A stretch of 64,000 bases of DNA, from assembly GCA_964486045.1 (NCBI GenBank), contig CAZALK010000002.1:1-64000 (forward strand), read 5' to 3'. This DNA comes from an uncultured archaeon. Its GTDB lineage: Archaea > Asgardarchaeota > Lokiarchaeia > Sigyniarchaeales > SOKP01. A program made the translations under genes and the position numbers. The notes beneath the pieces were generated by a model. That model saw nothing but the letters and a program-made list of their open reading frames with translations, searched no databases and had not been told where the DNA came from. This document shows, piece by piece, positions 20,525 through 31,271 of this stretch (the stretch's first letter is position 1; every line of letters starts with the position of its first letter).

Positions 20525-22375
20525 ATGAAAATAAGAGATAAATTACTTATTGGGTTTACAGTCCTAATTGCAATCACAAGCGTTTTGGGTGTAGTAAGTG
20601 TCGTTCAGCTTAACACTATGAATGGTTATTACACTGAATTAGCTAATGTGGACTCAAAAGCAATGGAATTAATGCAACAAATGAAATTGGAAGTAGATAT
20701 CGTAATTCGAGATATGTTCATGTATTTAGATGGTGAGATAACTGGTACAAAAACTGAAATTAACGAATCTGTTCAACAATTTGATGAATATTATACGGAT
20801 GTCAGAGCTTTGCTTCCCGCATTTGCCGAGCGACTAGATGAGCTTGAAGGTGACCATAATGAAATAGTTGGCTATATCATCGATCCAGGCACAGGAGTGC
20901 TTGCAGAGCAGGATGCTATATGGGCTCAAATTAATAATCTTCTTGCACTACATGCAGAACTCGATGCGGATATAGATGTTTTATTAGGTATGATAACTGA
21001 TGAAACTATGAAATTGAATGTAACTGAAATGGGGTATTATCTCGCCATGCAAATGTTTTATGTATATGAATACATTTCGAATCCTGATGATTTGACCAAG
21101 AGTGAGTTCGCCGCTGCAGAGGCTGGTTTTGATGCCAGTGTTACTAATTTAACGGCGTTTTATGATCCAGTAAATGATTCTGTTATATACGATGCGGTTA
21201 TAGAGATGGATGCTGATCATGCTGAATTTGCGGGTAACGTTACAGACGCAAGTGTTGGGATTTTCTCTCTGAAGGATTCTATAGAAGTTAAGCATATAGT
21301 TATCGGTGACCTACTTGATGAATTAACAAACGATTTACTTTTAATAGACATTGATATAGAAGCTGAAGTAGATGCAAATAAAGTAGGTGCAGCTGCTGCC
21401 ATGTCATCAGCGTTAATTATAACTATAACAATGATTGTAGTCGCAATCGTGGCAGGATTAGCTATTGCGTTCCCAACAATTAGGAGCATTACAAAGGCGA
21501 TTGGTGGTTTAGTTAAAACAGCAGAATTTATAGCTAAAGGAGATCTTACAAACGAAATTGAAATATCAAAAAAAGTAAAAAGTGAAACTGATTTATTAAA
21601 AAATTCTTTCGGAGTAATGCAAGAGAATTTAGTCAAAGTAATCTCTAGTACCCAAACTGCAAGCATAAATGTGGCAAACATAGCAACAGAATTAGCTGCA
21701 AGTTCTAGCGAAGTAAACGCAGCTTCCGAAGAAATTTCTTCCAGTACACAAGAAGTTGCAATGACGGTGCAAACCCAGGTTAAAGCCCTTACTGATATTA
21801 GTTCTATGGCCAATGAAATTCAATCTCTATCACATGAGGTTAAAAGTTCCGGCAATGATATAGATAAAGTCATGGAAATTATTGTAGGAATTTCCGAACA
21901 AACCAATTTACTCGCTCTTAATGCAAGCATTGAGGCTGGGCGGGCTGGTGAATACGGAAGAGGCTTCGCAGTTGTAGCGGATGAAGTACGAAAACTTGCT
22001 GAAGAGTCTAAGGTATCAGTTGAAACTTCTAGTAATAAAATCGCGGAAATTCTTTCTCGAATAGATAGAACAGTTGAACTTATAGGAAATATTACAAATG
22101 ATATTCAAGGAACTTTAGCGGGGCTTGAACAGACCTCTAGTGCAGTTGAAGGAATTAGCTCATCCACGGAACAACAAACGGCTTCAATGGAAGAAGTTAC
22201 ATCCACAGCTAACAAATTGGGCTCGTTGGCAGAAGAGTTGAAAAGTGAATTAGAGATGTTTGTAATCGAGCAAGAAGGCATAAGAGGTCAAAGTAGAGAA
22301 GCTAAAAGTAGACCTCGAAGATTCGCGGAAAAGAAATCAAGCGTCGAAAAAGAAGTAGTATTAATTAAGAAATAA
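20525..22375 (+). CDS. Methyl-accepting chemotaxis protein, copy 2
   Basis: Same motifs as copy 1; 616 aa. Confidence 0.95.
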   Translation: MKIRDKLLIGFTVLIAITSVLGVVSVVQLNTMNGYYTELANVDSKAMELMQQMKLEVDIVIRDMFMYLDGEITGTKTEINESVQQFDEYYTDVRALLPAFAERLDELEGDHNEIVGYIIDPGTGVLAEQDAIWAQINNLLALHAELDADIDVLLGMITDETMKLNVTEMGYYLAMQMFYVYEYISNPDDLTKSEFAAAEAGFDASVTNLTAFYDPVNDSVIYDAVIEMDADHAEFAGNVTDASVGIFSLKDSIEVKHIVIGDLLDELTNDLLLIDIDIEAEVDANKVGAAAAMSSALIITITMIVVAIVAGLAIAFPTIRSITKAIGGLVKTAEFIAKGDLTNEIEISKKVKSETDLLKNSFGVMQENLVKVISSTQTASINVANIATELAASSSEVNAASEEISSSTQEVAMTVQTQVKALTDISSMANEIQSLSHEVKSSGNDIDKVMEIIVGISEQTNLLALNASIEAGRAGEYGRGFAVVADEVRKLAEESKVSVETSSNKIAEILSRIDRTVELIGNITNDIQGTLAGLEQTSSAVEGISSSTEQQTASMEEVTSTANKLGSLAEELKSELEMFVIEQEGIRGQSREAKSRPRRFAEKKSSVEKEVVLIKK

Positions 22376-22454
22376 TTTTTTTTTTTTTAAAATTTATACA
22401 CAATAGTAATAATCATTTAAATAATTAAGATAATTCGTACACCTTACCAGCTTT

Positions 22455-22500
22455 TTACATGCATAGGGTTTATCTATTAGGGATAAGCCCTTACATGTAA
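22455..22500. repeat. Conserved long hairpin, copy 2
   Basis: TTACATG/CATGTAA and AGGGTTTATC/GATAAGCCCT stems. Confidence 0.75.
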
Positions 22501-22569
22501 TCTAATTTAACCAAAAGAATTATTCATTGATAAACGATAACTATTAAGCAAGATCTGATCACGGCCTTC

Positions 22570-22692
22570 ACACTTGCATCGTATACAATAAACGATGGAA
22601 AAATTATCACTATATCAATGGGAACGACAATCTATGCCAAAGGGAGTATAAAAGATGAAAAAATGGAATCATCGTTAGTAGATGTAAAATCT
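22570..22692 (+). pseudogene. Decayed fwdA 3' relic
   Basis: Reads LASYTINDGKIITISMGTTIYAKGSIKDEKMESSLVDVKS versus FwdA LAAYTIKDG...KITATPMGTTICAEGKVKDELMESMLADVKS. Confidence 0.75.
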
Positions 22693-22873
22693 AAAATAGT
22701 CATAAAAAGGGTTATTTTAATGAAATTTGAAGATAAAAGTTTGAAAAGAAAATAATAATTAAAAGAGTTAATAAAAACGATAAAGTAGTTAATATTGGGA
22801 TATAGTTAATGAAAATTACGCAAATATTAATTTAACATGTAAAAATCTAGAAAAATTAAAACACAATTTATTA

Positions 22874-23080
22874 ATGGATACAAACATGATAACTGAAAAT
22901 TTAAAATCATACGCAATTACTAGGAAGAGAATAATTGATGATACTGTTGCTAATTTAAAAGAAACAAAGTACAATCTTAAAACAGCTAAAATTAATAACT
23001 CTTCACTTAAAAGAACTATACATGTGGTTAATGACAATTCAAAAAAAATCCCTGGTTTTTCACTTAAATTACCAAATTAA
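22874..23080 (+). CDS. Small hypothetical coiled-coil protein
   Basis: 68-aa ORF only. Confidence 0.3.
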   Translation: MDTNMITENLKSYAITRKRIIDDTVANLKETKYNLKTAKINNSSLKRTIHVVNDNSKKIPGFSLKLPN

Positions 23081-23338
23081 ATAAAAAATTTTAGTAGAAC
23101 TATTTAGATAGTTTTTTTTTATTTCCTCCAATCTGATGTATAATTGGTTTAAATTTAATTATTTTCTAGTTATGTAATATCTAAATTTGTCATCATCGAT
23201 TTATTTTTCCAACAACATTTATAGCTTGATTTTATATTAATATCATAAAATTTAATATTTTAAGACTAGTTCAGAATCTTATCTTCTTGAATTAAAAAAA
23301 GTATTTAGTTACACCCCTCAGGCAGGGATTGAAGTCTC

Positions 23339-24715
23339 ATGATAGCTAACCTGAAAAAGAAAAAATTCATCAATTCAAATAATGTTTCTATAATTTTAGG
23401 TTTGGCTTCATCAGCTATTTACTTACTTATAGAGGGATTAATTGACACCTATATTTTAAATGAAACTCTTGTCCTTTTTCAAGATATATTTACAACTGAT
23501 GCTCGTGAGATTTTATTGCATCTAGTTCCGACCGGTTTAATTTTATTTATTGGGATATATAGACAAGAATTGATCAACGGACAAAAAAAAGCGGAAGAAA
23601 AATTAAGAGATTCTGAAGAAAAGTATCAATTATTAGTTGAAACGTCCCCCATTTCAATAATTCTACTCAATACTAAAGGAATTATTGTTGATTGTAATAA
23701 AATTACAGAAGAAATTGCTGCTCTTCCAAAGAGCAAAATTATTGGTAAAAAAAATTTTGAAATCTACAAACTCACTGGTGAAAACCATCACAAGGAATTA
23801 AATTTTTTTACGAAAGCAATGAGTGATGAATTTAGTAAACCTTTTGAACTAAATATTGTAAATAGGAATGGCAAAAATATATGTTTGGAAATGTCAATAT
23901 CATCCATTAAAATTGAAGGAGAAATATTTTTTCAAATAGCATCAATAGATATATCTTCTCGTAAAAAAGCAGCCCTTCTTATTAAGGAAGAAATCGAAAA
24001 ATTACATGATCTAGATAAACTTAAAAATAATTTAATAGTCAGATCTTCATATGAAATAAAAAACCCATTAACAGCAATATGTAATGCATCGGAAATCCTA
24101 TTGCTTGGTTATAAAAATGATTTAGATGAAAGAGCTAATGAATTACTAAAAATTATAAATAATGGGGGCAAGAGATTAAACAAATTATTAACAAAGTTAA
24201 CCGAAATCTCAATAATTAAATCTAAAAACAAGAGGTTAGAATTTAAATTTTCAAATATAACTAAAATAATTCATGAATGTGTTAATGAATTATCTTACTT
24301 AGTTTTAGAACGTGAACAATTTCTAAACCTCCTTATAGATGAAACAGTGTATCTTTATATGGACAGCTTAAAAATTAAGCAAGTTATTTCGGAAATAATT
24401 TTGAATGCAATACACAATACACCTACAAAAGGGATGATATCTATTAATTTACAAAAACATTCTGATTTCATAAATATTATTATAAAAGACACTGGTGTTG
24501 GATTTACTGCGGAAGAAAATTTAGTAATATTTAGGGAATTTGGGAAAATCGAAAGATATGGGAAGGGTATGGATGTTGTTACAGATGGCATAGGAATGGG
24601 ATTATATTTTTCTAAGAAAATAATAGAATTACATGGTGGAAAAATTTGGATGGAATCTGAAGGAAGAAATAAAGGTTCTATTTTTATAATACAGTTCCCT
24701 ATAACGATAGAATAG
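23339..24715 (+). CDS. Membrane PAS histidine-kinase paralog lacking the phospho-accepting His
   Basis: TM region paralogous to 14360; H-box reads RSSYEIKNPL; ATP-binding boxes NAIHNT, DTGVG, GIGMGL retained. Confidence 0.88.
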   Translation: MIANLKKKKFINSNNVSIILGLASSAIYLLIEGLIDTYILNETLVLFQDIFTTDAREILLHLVPTGLILFIGIYRQELINGQKKAEEKLRDSEEKYQLLVETSPISIILLNTKGIIVDCNKITEEIAALPKSKIIGKKNFEIYKLTGENHHKELNFFTKAMSDEFSKPFELNIVNRNGKNICLEMSISSIKIEGEIFFQIASIDISSRKKAALLIKEEIEKLHDLDKLKNNLIVRSSYEIKNPLTAICNASEILLLGYKNDLDERANELLKIINNGGKRLNKLLTKLTEISIIKSKNKRLEFKFSNITKIIHECVNELSYLVLEREQFLNLLIDETVYLYMDSLKIKQVISEIILNAIHNTPTKGMISINLQKHSDFINIIIKDTGVGFTAEENLVIFREFGKIERYGKGMDVVTDGIGMGLYFSKKIIELHGGKIWMESEGRNKGSIFIIQFPITIE

Positions 24716-24740
24716 AAATTCAACAAGATTGTTTAAGGAT

Positions 24741-25583
24741 TTATAAATAATGAAACACACTTTTTAATTTTGCTAAATCAAAAGGTTTTAAAAAATATCC
24801 CTTTGCACCTGTAACATTGGTAATCTTTTTTGCTTCTTCTTCTGACATAACGGTTATGAAGAAAATTGGAATACCCTGAAAAACTTTCTTGGATTTAATT
24901 TTATGGTATACATCATTTCCCTTTATGTCTGGTAAAATTATACTTATAAGAATCAATTTGGGGGTTGCTCTAGTTAACTCTTCTAATCCTTTTGTACCAT
25001 TTGTTACACCCTTACTTGAATATCCATTTAATTCAAAAAAATCTTTAAGAACTGTAATTGTTGGTACGTCATTATCAATTATTAAAATATCATATTCCTG
25101 CTTGTATTGTTCAGGTTCTATTACAGAAAGGATCTCAGTTATTTTATCTTCGAGTTTTTGACTTTGAGAATATATTTCTTTAATCTTTAATAAAATTTCA
25201 GTATCCAGCTTATCTGAATAGTTATCTATGATAATTTGTGAAAAACCCTTAATTGGAGTTAAAGGAGATTTTAAATCTTTAGTTAGATTTGAAACATCTT
25301 TTATATAAGATAATTTTGGTTCTAACTCTACATAATTTTTCACAGCAGTTCTGATTAACTGTGAAATTGTCGAGATTTTATGTTTATCAACATATTCCTG
25401 CCAAAGTTTTTTGGTCTCAGGAGAAACTAAAGTCGTAATTCTTTCTTTTTCCTTAATGGAGCCTGATGTTCTTCTTCGCCACTTTTTGAAACTCTCAGTA
25501 ATGATCCCATTCCAAATGGCATGTTTTCCAGTTTTTTTTTCATATTCCTTCATATCTGCTGTTTTTTGTACAAAAATACTCAT
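24741..25583 (-). CDS. RHH-HisKA-pseudoreceiver regulator
   Basis: RHH (ERITTLVSPETKKLW..TISQLIRTAV); HisKA with H->K (TKDLKSPL); receiver with D->S (LILISIILP); start probably ATG 25583. Confidence 0.85.
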   Translation of the reverse strand: MSIFVQKTADMKEYEKKTGKHAIWNGIITESFKKWRRRTSGSIKEKERITTLVSPETKKLWQEYVDKHKISTISQLIRTAVKNYVELEPKLSYIKDVSNLTKDLKSPLTPIKGFSQIIIDNYSDKLDTEILLKIKEIYSQSQKLEDKITEILSVIEPEQYKQEYDILIIDNDVPTITVLKDFFELNGYSSKGVTNGTKGLEELTRATPKLILISIILPDIKGNDVYHKIKSKKVFQGIPIFFITVMSEEEAKKITNVTGAKGYFLKPFDLAKLKSVFHYL

Positions 25584-25789
25584 CCTAGTAAACCTATAAA
25601 ATTTAATGATTGCTATCACATATTATGAAAAAAATATGAGGATTTTTCATCATATATTTTATTTATCATTAAAATAATTATCCTTCTATTTAAATTTTCG
25701 ATAATAAATTATAATGATGGAATAAGTTTCAACAATCATCATAATTTTATTATTACTTAGTATTATTGGTTCCTATAATGTTGCTTATT

Positions 25790-26110
25790 TTAATCGAGAG
25801 AAAGTAAGTAAACGTATTTTGAAATGTCAAATTTCTCAGTTTTTAAAGATTGAAAATCTTCCTCTAATATTTCATTTCTGATGTTTTCAAGAATTTTATT
25901 ACCATTATTTAATGAAGGAGTTATTGCTATTTTTATGACCGATTTGGATCTGTTGAGATATAGATTATAATAGAAAGTTTTTTGGGGAGTGTCGAAATCA
26001 ATAAACATTTTAATTTCCAAATCTGATTCTCTTCCCAAATTTTTGTTAACTAACTCTTGCTTTCCATAATAAGATAATTTCATATATGTAGGATTATTAA
26101 CTTCCTTCAA
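25790..26110 (-). CDS. Hypothetical protein
   Basis: 106-aa ORF with a purine-rich upstream site. Confidence 0.55.
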   Translation of the reverse strand: MKEVNNPTYMKLSYYGKQELVNKNLGRESDLEIKMFIDFDTPQKTFYYNLYLNRSKSVIKIAITPSLNNGNKILENIRNEILEEDFQSLKTEKFDISKYVYLLSLD

Positions 26111-26453
26111 TTATTTTATACACTTCCTTTATTTGCTGTTCGTTCTGGAAAAAAGTTTATTTTTAGACTATATATTTAAAAATATTGTACATAAATTTAA
26201 AGATATGTATTTTTATTATAACAATTTAGGTAATAATATGGCTTTATTATAACAAAATCTAGCAAGTTATGCTCTATGACAAATAAAATATGTTATAACA
26301 AAGATTTAAATATAACTAATTTGATAATAAAATCAAAATATTATAATAAAAAATGTTGAATTGATCTTATTTTTGATAACAAATCGTAAAACTCTAAAAA
26401 TTGTTATAAAAAAGATCTTTTCGAAAGTACTAAAATATAAGTGACAATAAAAA

Positions 26454-28304
26454 ATGAAAATAAGAGATAAATTACTTATTGGGTTTACAGTCCTAATTGC
26501 AATCACAAGCGTTTTGGGCGTAGTAAGTGTCGTTCAGCTTAATACTATGAATGGTTATTACACTGAATTAGCTAATGTGGACTCAAAAGCCATGGAATAT
26601 ATGCAACAAATGAAATTGGAAGTAGATTATGTAATTCGAGATATGTTCATGTATTTAGATGGTGAGACAACTGGTACAAAAACCGACATCAACGAATCTG
26701 TTCAAGAATTTGATGTTTATTATACTAAAGTCAGAGATTTGCTTCCCGCATTTGCCGTTCGACTAGATGAGCTTGAGGATGACCACAATGAAATAATTGG
26801 TTATATCATAGATCCAGGCACAGGAGTGCTTGCAGAGCAAGATGCTATTTGGGCTCAAATTACTAATCTTCTTGCACTACATTCAGAACTTGACGCGGAT
26901 ATAGATGTATTATTAGGTTTGATAACTGATGCAACCATGAAATTGAATGTAACTGAAATGGGGTATTATCTCGCCATGCAAATGTTTTATGTATATGAAT
27001 ACATTTCGAATCCTGATGATTTGACCAAGAGTGAGTTCGCCGCTGCAGAGGCTGGTTTTGATGCCAGTGTTACTAATTTAACGGCGTTTTATGATCCAGT
27101 AAATGATTCTGTTATATACGATGCGGTTATAGAGATGGATGCTGATCATGCTGAATTTGCGGGTAACGTTACAGACGCAAGTGTTGGGATTTTCTCTCTG
27201 AAGGATTCTATAGAAGTTAAGCATATAGTTATCGGTGACCTACTTGATGAATTAACAAACGATTTACTTTTAATAGACATTGATATAGAAGCTGAAGTAG
27301 ATGCAAATAAAGTAGGTGCAGCTGCTGCCATGTCATCAGCGTTAATTATAACTATAACAATGATTGTAGTCGCAATCGTGGCAGGATTAGCTATTGCGTT
27401 CCCAACAATTAGGAGCATTACAAAGGCGATTGGTGGTTTAGTTAAAACAGCAGAATTTATAGCTAAAGGAGATCTTACAAACGAAATTGAAATATCAAAA
27501 AAAGTAAAAAGTGAAACTGATTTATTAAAAAATTCTTTCGGAGTAATGCAAGAGAATTTAGTCAAAGTAATCTCTAGTACCCAAACTGCAAGCATAAATG
27601 TGGCAAACATAGCAACAGAATTAGCTGCAAGTTCTAGCGAAGTAAACGCAGCTTCCGAAGAAATTTCTTCCAGTACACAAGAAGTTGCAATGACGGTGCA
27701 AACCCAGGTTAAAGCCCTTACTGATATTAGTTCTATGGCCAATGAAATTCAATCTCTATCACATGAGGTTAAAAGTTCCGGCAATGATATAGATAAAGTC
27801 ATGGAAATTATTGTAGGAATTTCCGAACAAACCAATTTACTCGCTCTTAATGCAAGCATTGAGGCTGGGCGGGCTGGTGAATACGGAAGAGGCTTCGCAG
27901 TTGTAGCGGATGAAGTACGAAAACTTGCTGAAGAGTCTAAGGTATCAGTTGAAACTTCTAGTAATAAAATCGCGGAAATTCTTTCTCGAATAGATAGAAC
28001 AGTTGAACTTATAGGAAATATTACAAATGATATTCAAGGAACTTTAGCGGGGCTTGAACAGACCTCTAGTGCAGTTGAAGGAATTAGCTCATCCACGGAA
28101 CAACAAACGGCTTCAATGGAAGAAGTTACATCCACAGCTAACAAATTGGGCTCGTTGGCAGAAGAGTTGAAAAGTGAATTAGAGATGTTTGTAATCGAGC
28201 AAGAAGGCATAAGAGGTCAAAGTAGAGAAGCTAAAAGTAGACCTCGAAGATTTGCTGAAATAGAATCAAGCGACGAAAAAGAAATAGTATTAATTAAAAA
28301 ATAA
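26454..28304 (+). CDS. Methyl-accepting chemotaxis protein, copy 3
   Basis: Same motifs as copy 1; 616 aa. Confidence 0.95.
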   Translation: MKIRDKLLIGFTVLIAITSVLGVVSVVQLNTMNGYYTELANVDSKAMEYMQQMKLEVDYVIRDMFMYLDGETTGTKTDINESVQEFDVYYTKVRDLLPAFAVRLDELEDDHNEIIGYIIDPGTGVLAEQDAIWAQITNLLALHSELDADIDVLLGLITDATMKLNVTEMGYYLAMQMFYVYEYISNPDDLTKSEFAAAEAGFDASVTNLTAFYDPVNDSVIYDAVIEMDADHAEFAGNVTDASVGIFSLKDSIEVKHIVIGDLLDELTNDLLLIDIDIEAEVDANKVGAAAAMSSALIITITMIVVAIVAGLAIAFPTIRSITKAIGGLVKTAEFIAKGDLTNEIEISKKVKSETDLLKNSFGVMQENLVKVISSTQTASINVANIATELAASSSEVNAASEEISSSTQEVAMTVQTQVKALTDISSMANEIQSLSHEVKSSGNDIDKVMEIIVGISEQTNLLALNASIEAGRAGEYGRGFAVVADEVRKLAEESKVSVETSSNKIAEILSRIDRTVELIGNITNDIQGTLAGLEQTSSAVEGISSSTEQQTASMEEVTSTANKLGSLAEELKSELEMFVIEQEGIRGQSREAKSRPRRFAEIESSDEKEIVLIKK

Positions 28305-28402
28305 AATATTTTTTTTTATTATTTAAAAAATCATTATAAATTTATACAAAATAGTAATAAACATTTAAAAAATTAGGATAATTCGTACGCCTTACGAGCT
28401 TT

Positions 28403-28448
28403 TTACATGCATAGGGTTTATCTATTAGGGATAAACCCTTACATGTAA
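28403..28448. repeat. Conserved long hairpin, copy 3, followed by an fwdA relic (~28520-28580)
   Basis: TTACATG/CATGTAA and a perfect AGGGTTTATC/GATAAACCCT stem; downstream EYTIKDG*IILKDGEIT. Confidence 0.75.
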
Positions 28449-28723
28449 TCTAATTTAACCAAAAGAATTATTCATTGATAAACGATAACTATTAAGCAAG
28501 ATCTCATAACGGCCATCACAATTGTGGAGTACACAATAAAAGATGGCTAGATCATTTTGAAAGATGGAGAAATTACCTGAAATAAAGTGAAGAAATATAT
28601 GATTGGGAATTCCTATATTCTAAGTGTTAAAAAGAGAAATATTAATTTTTAAAATACTTTTATATTATTGTTTTTTATGAGTTCACTTATTTCTCTAACA
28701 AGTTGTGTATACACGGTTATATA

Positions 28724-28807
28724 TTATTCCAATGGCTTAGATTCTCTTAGTTTTTTATTTTTCTTTATTAATTTTATTTCTCTTTTTAAAATTTTTTCTT
28801 TTTTCAT
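28724..28807 (-). CDS. Small basic peptide (27 aa) or remnant
   Basis: Strong SD AGGTGA before ATG; MKKEKILKREIKLIKKNKKLRESKPLE. Confidence 0.3.
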   Translation of the reverse strand: MKKEKILKREIKLIKKNKKLRESKPLE

Positions 28808-29016
28808 TCTTATTCACCTAATTTAAAATGAAATCTTCTATGTAACTAGATTTCAAACTCCTCTTTTTAAGGAATATGGTAAATTTATGAAACACAGAAT
28901 TCCCTAAATTAATTTTCGAGAAAAGTTTAAAAACTTTTTTGATAAATTGGGAGAAATTTTAATTTAAAATTGAAAGTTGGCGTTAATTCAAATATTTCAT
29001 GAGCTATTAATTAAGT

Positions 29017-29679
29017 TCAAAAAGTATTTTCCATAAATTCTTCATTTAAAAAGTAGATTATCTTTTTTGACAAGCGTTTTCGAGTAATTACATTAAAATC
29101 TTCAAGAAAATCAAGGTATTTTGTTGTAGTGTTTATGTGAATCTTCAAATCTGTTGAGATTTTAGTCTTTGTAATTCCAATATCATTATTTTTAAGGTAA
29201 TCTATTATCATTCTACTTTTATCCTTGGAAGTAAAATAATTGAACTTGATATTTTTTAAATTAAAGTTAAAATGAAAATAAATCTCATGGTTGTCAATCC
29301 TTTCAGTTTTGATATATTTGAATTTCAATAACATACTCAGGTGCCAAATTACGACATGATTACTCATTTCTAATCTCTTTACAATTCTATTAAAATAAGT
29401 TCCTGGATTCTTTACAATAAAATCATATATCTTCTTACGTGTTAAATTTTTTAATATATCATTTTTAGTAAACTTGGAACCTTCTACAATTAGATTTTTG
29501 TTAACTAAAACTCTAAGCACATCTTCAATTCCTCTAAGATTAATGTTAATTGAAGCCATTTTAAACCTGGCGTGTATAAACGGGAGTATTTCTTTCATAT
29601 TGAAGTACCGGTTCTTATTAAGATACTCTTGAACAACGTTTAAAACAATTATTTCTTGTTTATGTATCTCATCTGGCAT
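29017..29679 (-). CDS. Double winged-HTH transcriptional regulator, cassette 2
   Basis: IYDFIVKNPGTYFNRI..HLSML plus a second wHTH; paralog of 32548. Confidence 0.85.
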   Translation of the reverse strand: MPDEIHKQEIIVLNVVQEYLNKNRYFNMKEILPFIHARFKMASININLRGIEDVLRVLVNKNLIVEGSKFTKNDILKNLTRKKIYDFIVKNPGTYFNRIVKRLEMSNHVVIWHLSMLLKFKYIKTERIDNHEIYFHFNFNLKNIKFNYFTSKDKSRMIIDYLKNNDIGITKTKISTDLKIHINTTTKYLDFLEDFNVITRKRLSKKIIYFLNEEFMENTF

Positions 29680-29711
29680 CTAAATACTGAATCCTTAATA
29701 ATTTACAATGT

Positions 29712-31034
29712 CTAATTACTAGTTTTGTTTAATCTTTTTAGCATCTTGGTTAGTATTGATTCTCGTTCATATGGAGTTAATGAGAGCATTTCTGTTATAA
29801 AATCATCCTTATCGTTTGCTTTCCATTCAAATTGATTGATTTTTTCCATAAAATCATCAGAAATAGCCGTAATGTTTAAATTTTCTAATTCTATCAAGTT
29901 TTCGATTACATTTTCTTCTTCAAACATTTGATGAAGGTTTAGTAGGTTTGTTTTCTCATCATGAGAAATTTTTTTTCTGCTTAATTTCCTTCGATAATTT
30001 TTGTTGTCATCTTCTAGAATTATAGTCGAATGAGTGTAGTGATAAACTGAATATACTAAACTTGCACTTATAGCCCCTATTATTAAAATTAAGACGATAA
30101 TCATGGTTAAAGGAAGAAATGCTCCTTTTAATCTCCAGAGACCTTCGATCCCAACTTTTGGATCATGAAAGATATGATCTCCACGCTGATAATTGATATA
30201 AATTTTCTGCTCATCTTCATCGTAATCATCTACTTCTAACATGCTAATTAATACTTCCTGTGATACATCATCTATAGTCGCATTTTCTTTCCAGGAGAAA
30301 AAACCAGTATATTTATTAATTGTCGTTGATACACTTTGTTCATCAAAAGTGTAACCTTCTTTTTCATCTTCAGTTTCTTCATCATTCTCGAATTCTAATC
30401 CTGAATTCAATTTTGTATATAGGGCAAGTTGGGAACTATTGTCTAAAAAATTAAATTCATTAATTTCGATATTAATTTTTATTTGATTGGGAGTAATTAT
30501 TGTTTCATTTATCACAGAAAATTCTTCCGAAATGTAAATATGAGTTGTAAAATTGTTGTCCTTTGTAGCAATCCTTAAATAACTTAAACTAGTTTCATTC
30601 GTAATGTCTATAATTGAATAATTAATTGGAGAGAAATCATCCAATAAAAGAATTTGGACTGTGAAATCTCTTTCAGAATCGAATATTCCGTTTTCATTAG
30701 TATCCACATATTCAACAATTTCTTGAAATTCTATACTAAACTCTAATTCAAATTCTGAACCAGAATCATAAACTGACTCATATCTAAATTCTACTCTAAA
30801 TCCATTTTCATCGTATTTAATATTATACCTTATTGCATCAATATTATCCCCGTTTTTCAAAATAGAAGTAATTTCAGTTTCATTCGCAAGAAATTCAATA
30901 TTCACATTTCTTTTATTTAATTCTTCAAAATCGTCATTAATCCCATCATCATCGTCATCAGAAGCAGTAACAAATCTCAAATTGAAGGAAAAAAGAAGAA
31001 TCATTAGAACCGGAAGGAAGTATTTTTTTCTCAT
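29712..31034 (-). CDS. Single-pass membrane protein: acidic ectodomain plus ~100-aa cytoplasmic tail, cassette 2
   Basis: Signal peptide; DDDGINDDFE; HDPKVG; TM; tail EMLSLTPYER. Confidence 0.85.
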   Translation of the reverse strand: MRKKYFLPVLMILLFSFNLRFVTASDDDDDGINDDFEELNKRNVNIEFLANETEITSILKNGDNIDAIRYNIKYDENGFRVEFRYESVYDSGSEFELEFSIEFQEIVEYVDTNENGIFDSERDFTVQILLLDDFSPINYSIIDITNETSLSYLRIATKDNNFTTHIYISEEFSVINETIITPNQIKINIEINEFNFLDNSSQLALYTKLNSGLEFENDEETEDEKEGYTFDEQSVSTTINKYTGFFSWKENATIDDVSQEVLISMLEVDDYDEDEQKIYINYQRGDHIFHDPKVGIEGLWRLKGAFLPLTMIIVLILIIGAISASLVYSVYHYTHSTIILEDDNKNYRRKLSRKKISHDEKTNLLNLHQMFEEENVIENLIELENLNITAISDDFMEKINQFEWKANDKDDFITEMLSLTPYERESILTKMLKRLNKTSN

Positions 31035-31271
31035 TTTTATTTATTAGATTTTGTTCTATTTGTATAAAATTTCAATTTTTTTTAAATTAATGCATAATAA
31101 TATATCTAATTTTAAATTTGAATAGTAATAAGATAACCTTGATTTAATGCTAAAATTAATAGTTTTGATAAACATCATCCACTTTTTTATAAGTTATGTA
31201 AATTTTTTTAATCAATTTTTGTGTTCCCTTCTACCTTACAATATAAAAAAAAAAAAAATATTTAAAATAAT

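Noticed and set aside
26210-26412. Repeated TTATAACAA-like motifs upstream of MCP3
   Set aside because: Could be RHH sites but cannot be separated from extreme AT background by eye
18509-27742. Three identical 198-aa antisense ORFs
   Set aside because: Shadows of the MCP coding strand; their identity only reflects the repeat
17817-28304. Diversity-generating retroelement acting on the MCPs
   Set aside because: No reverse transcriptase in the window; differences are not adenine-specific and include many synonymous C/T changes
19743-28448. Hairpins as integron attC sites, SECIS elements or CRISPR repeats
   Set aside because: No RYYYAAC/GTTRRRY ends or integrase; no in-frame TGA in the MCPs; spacing is kilobases
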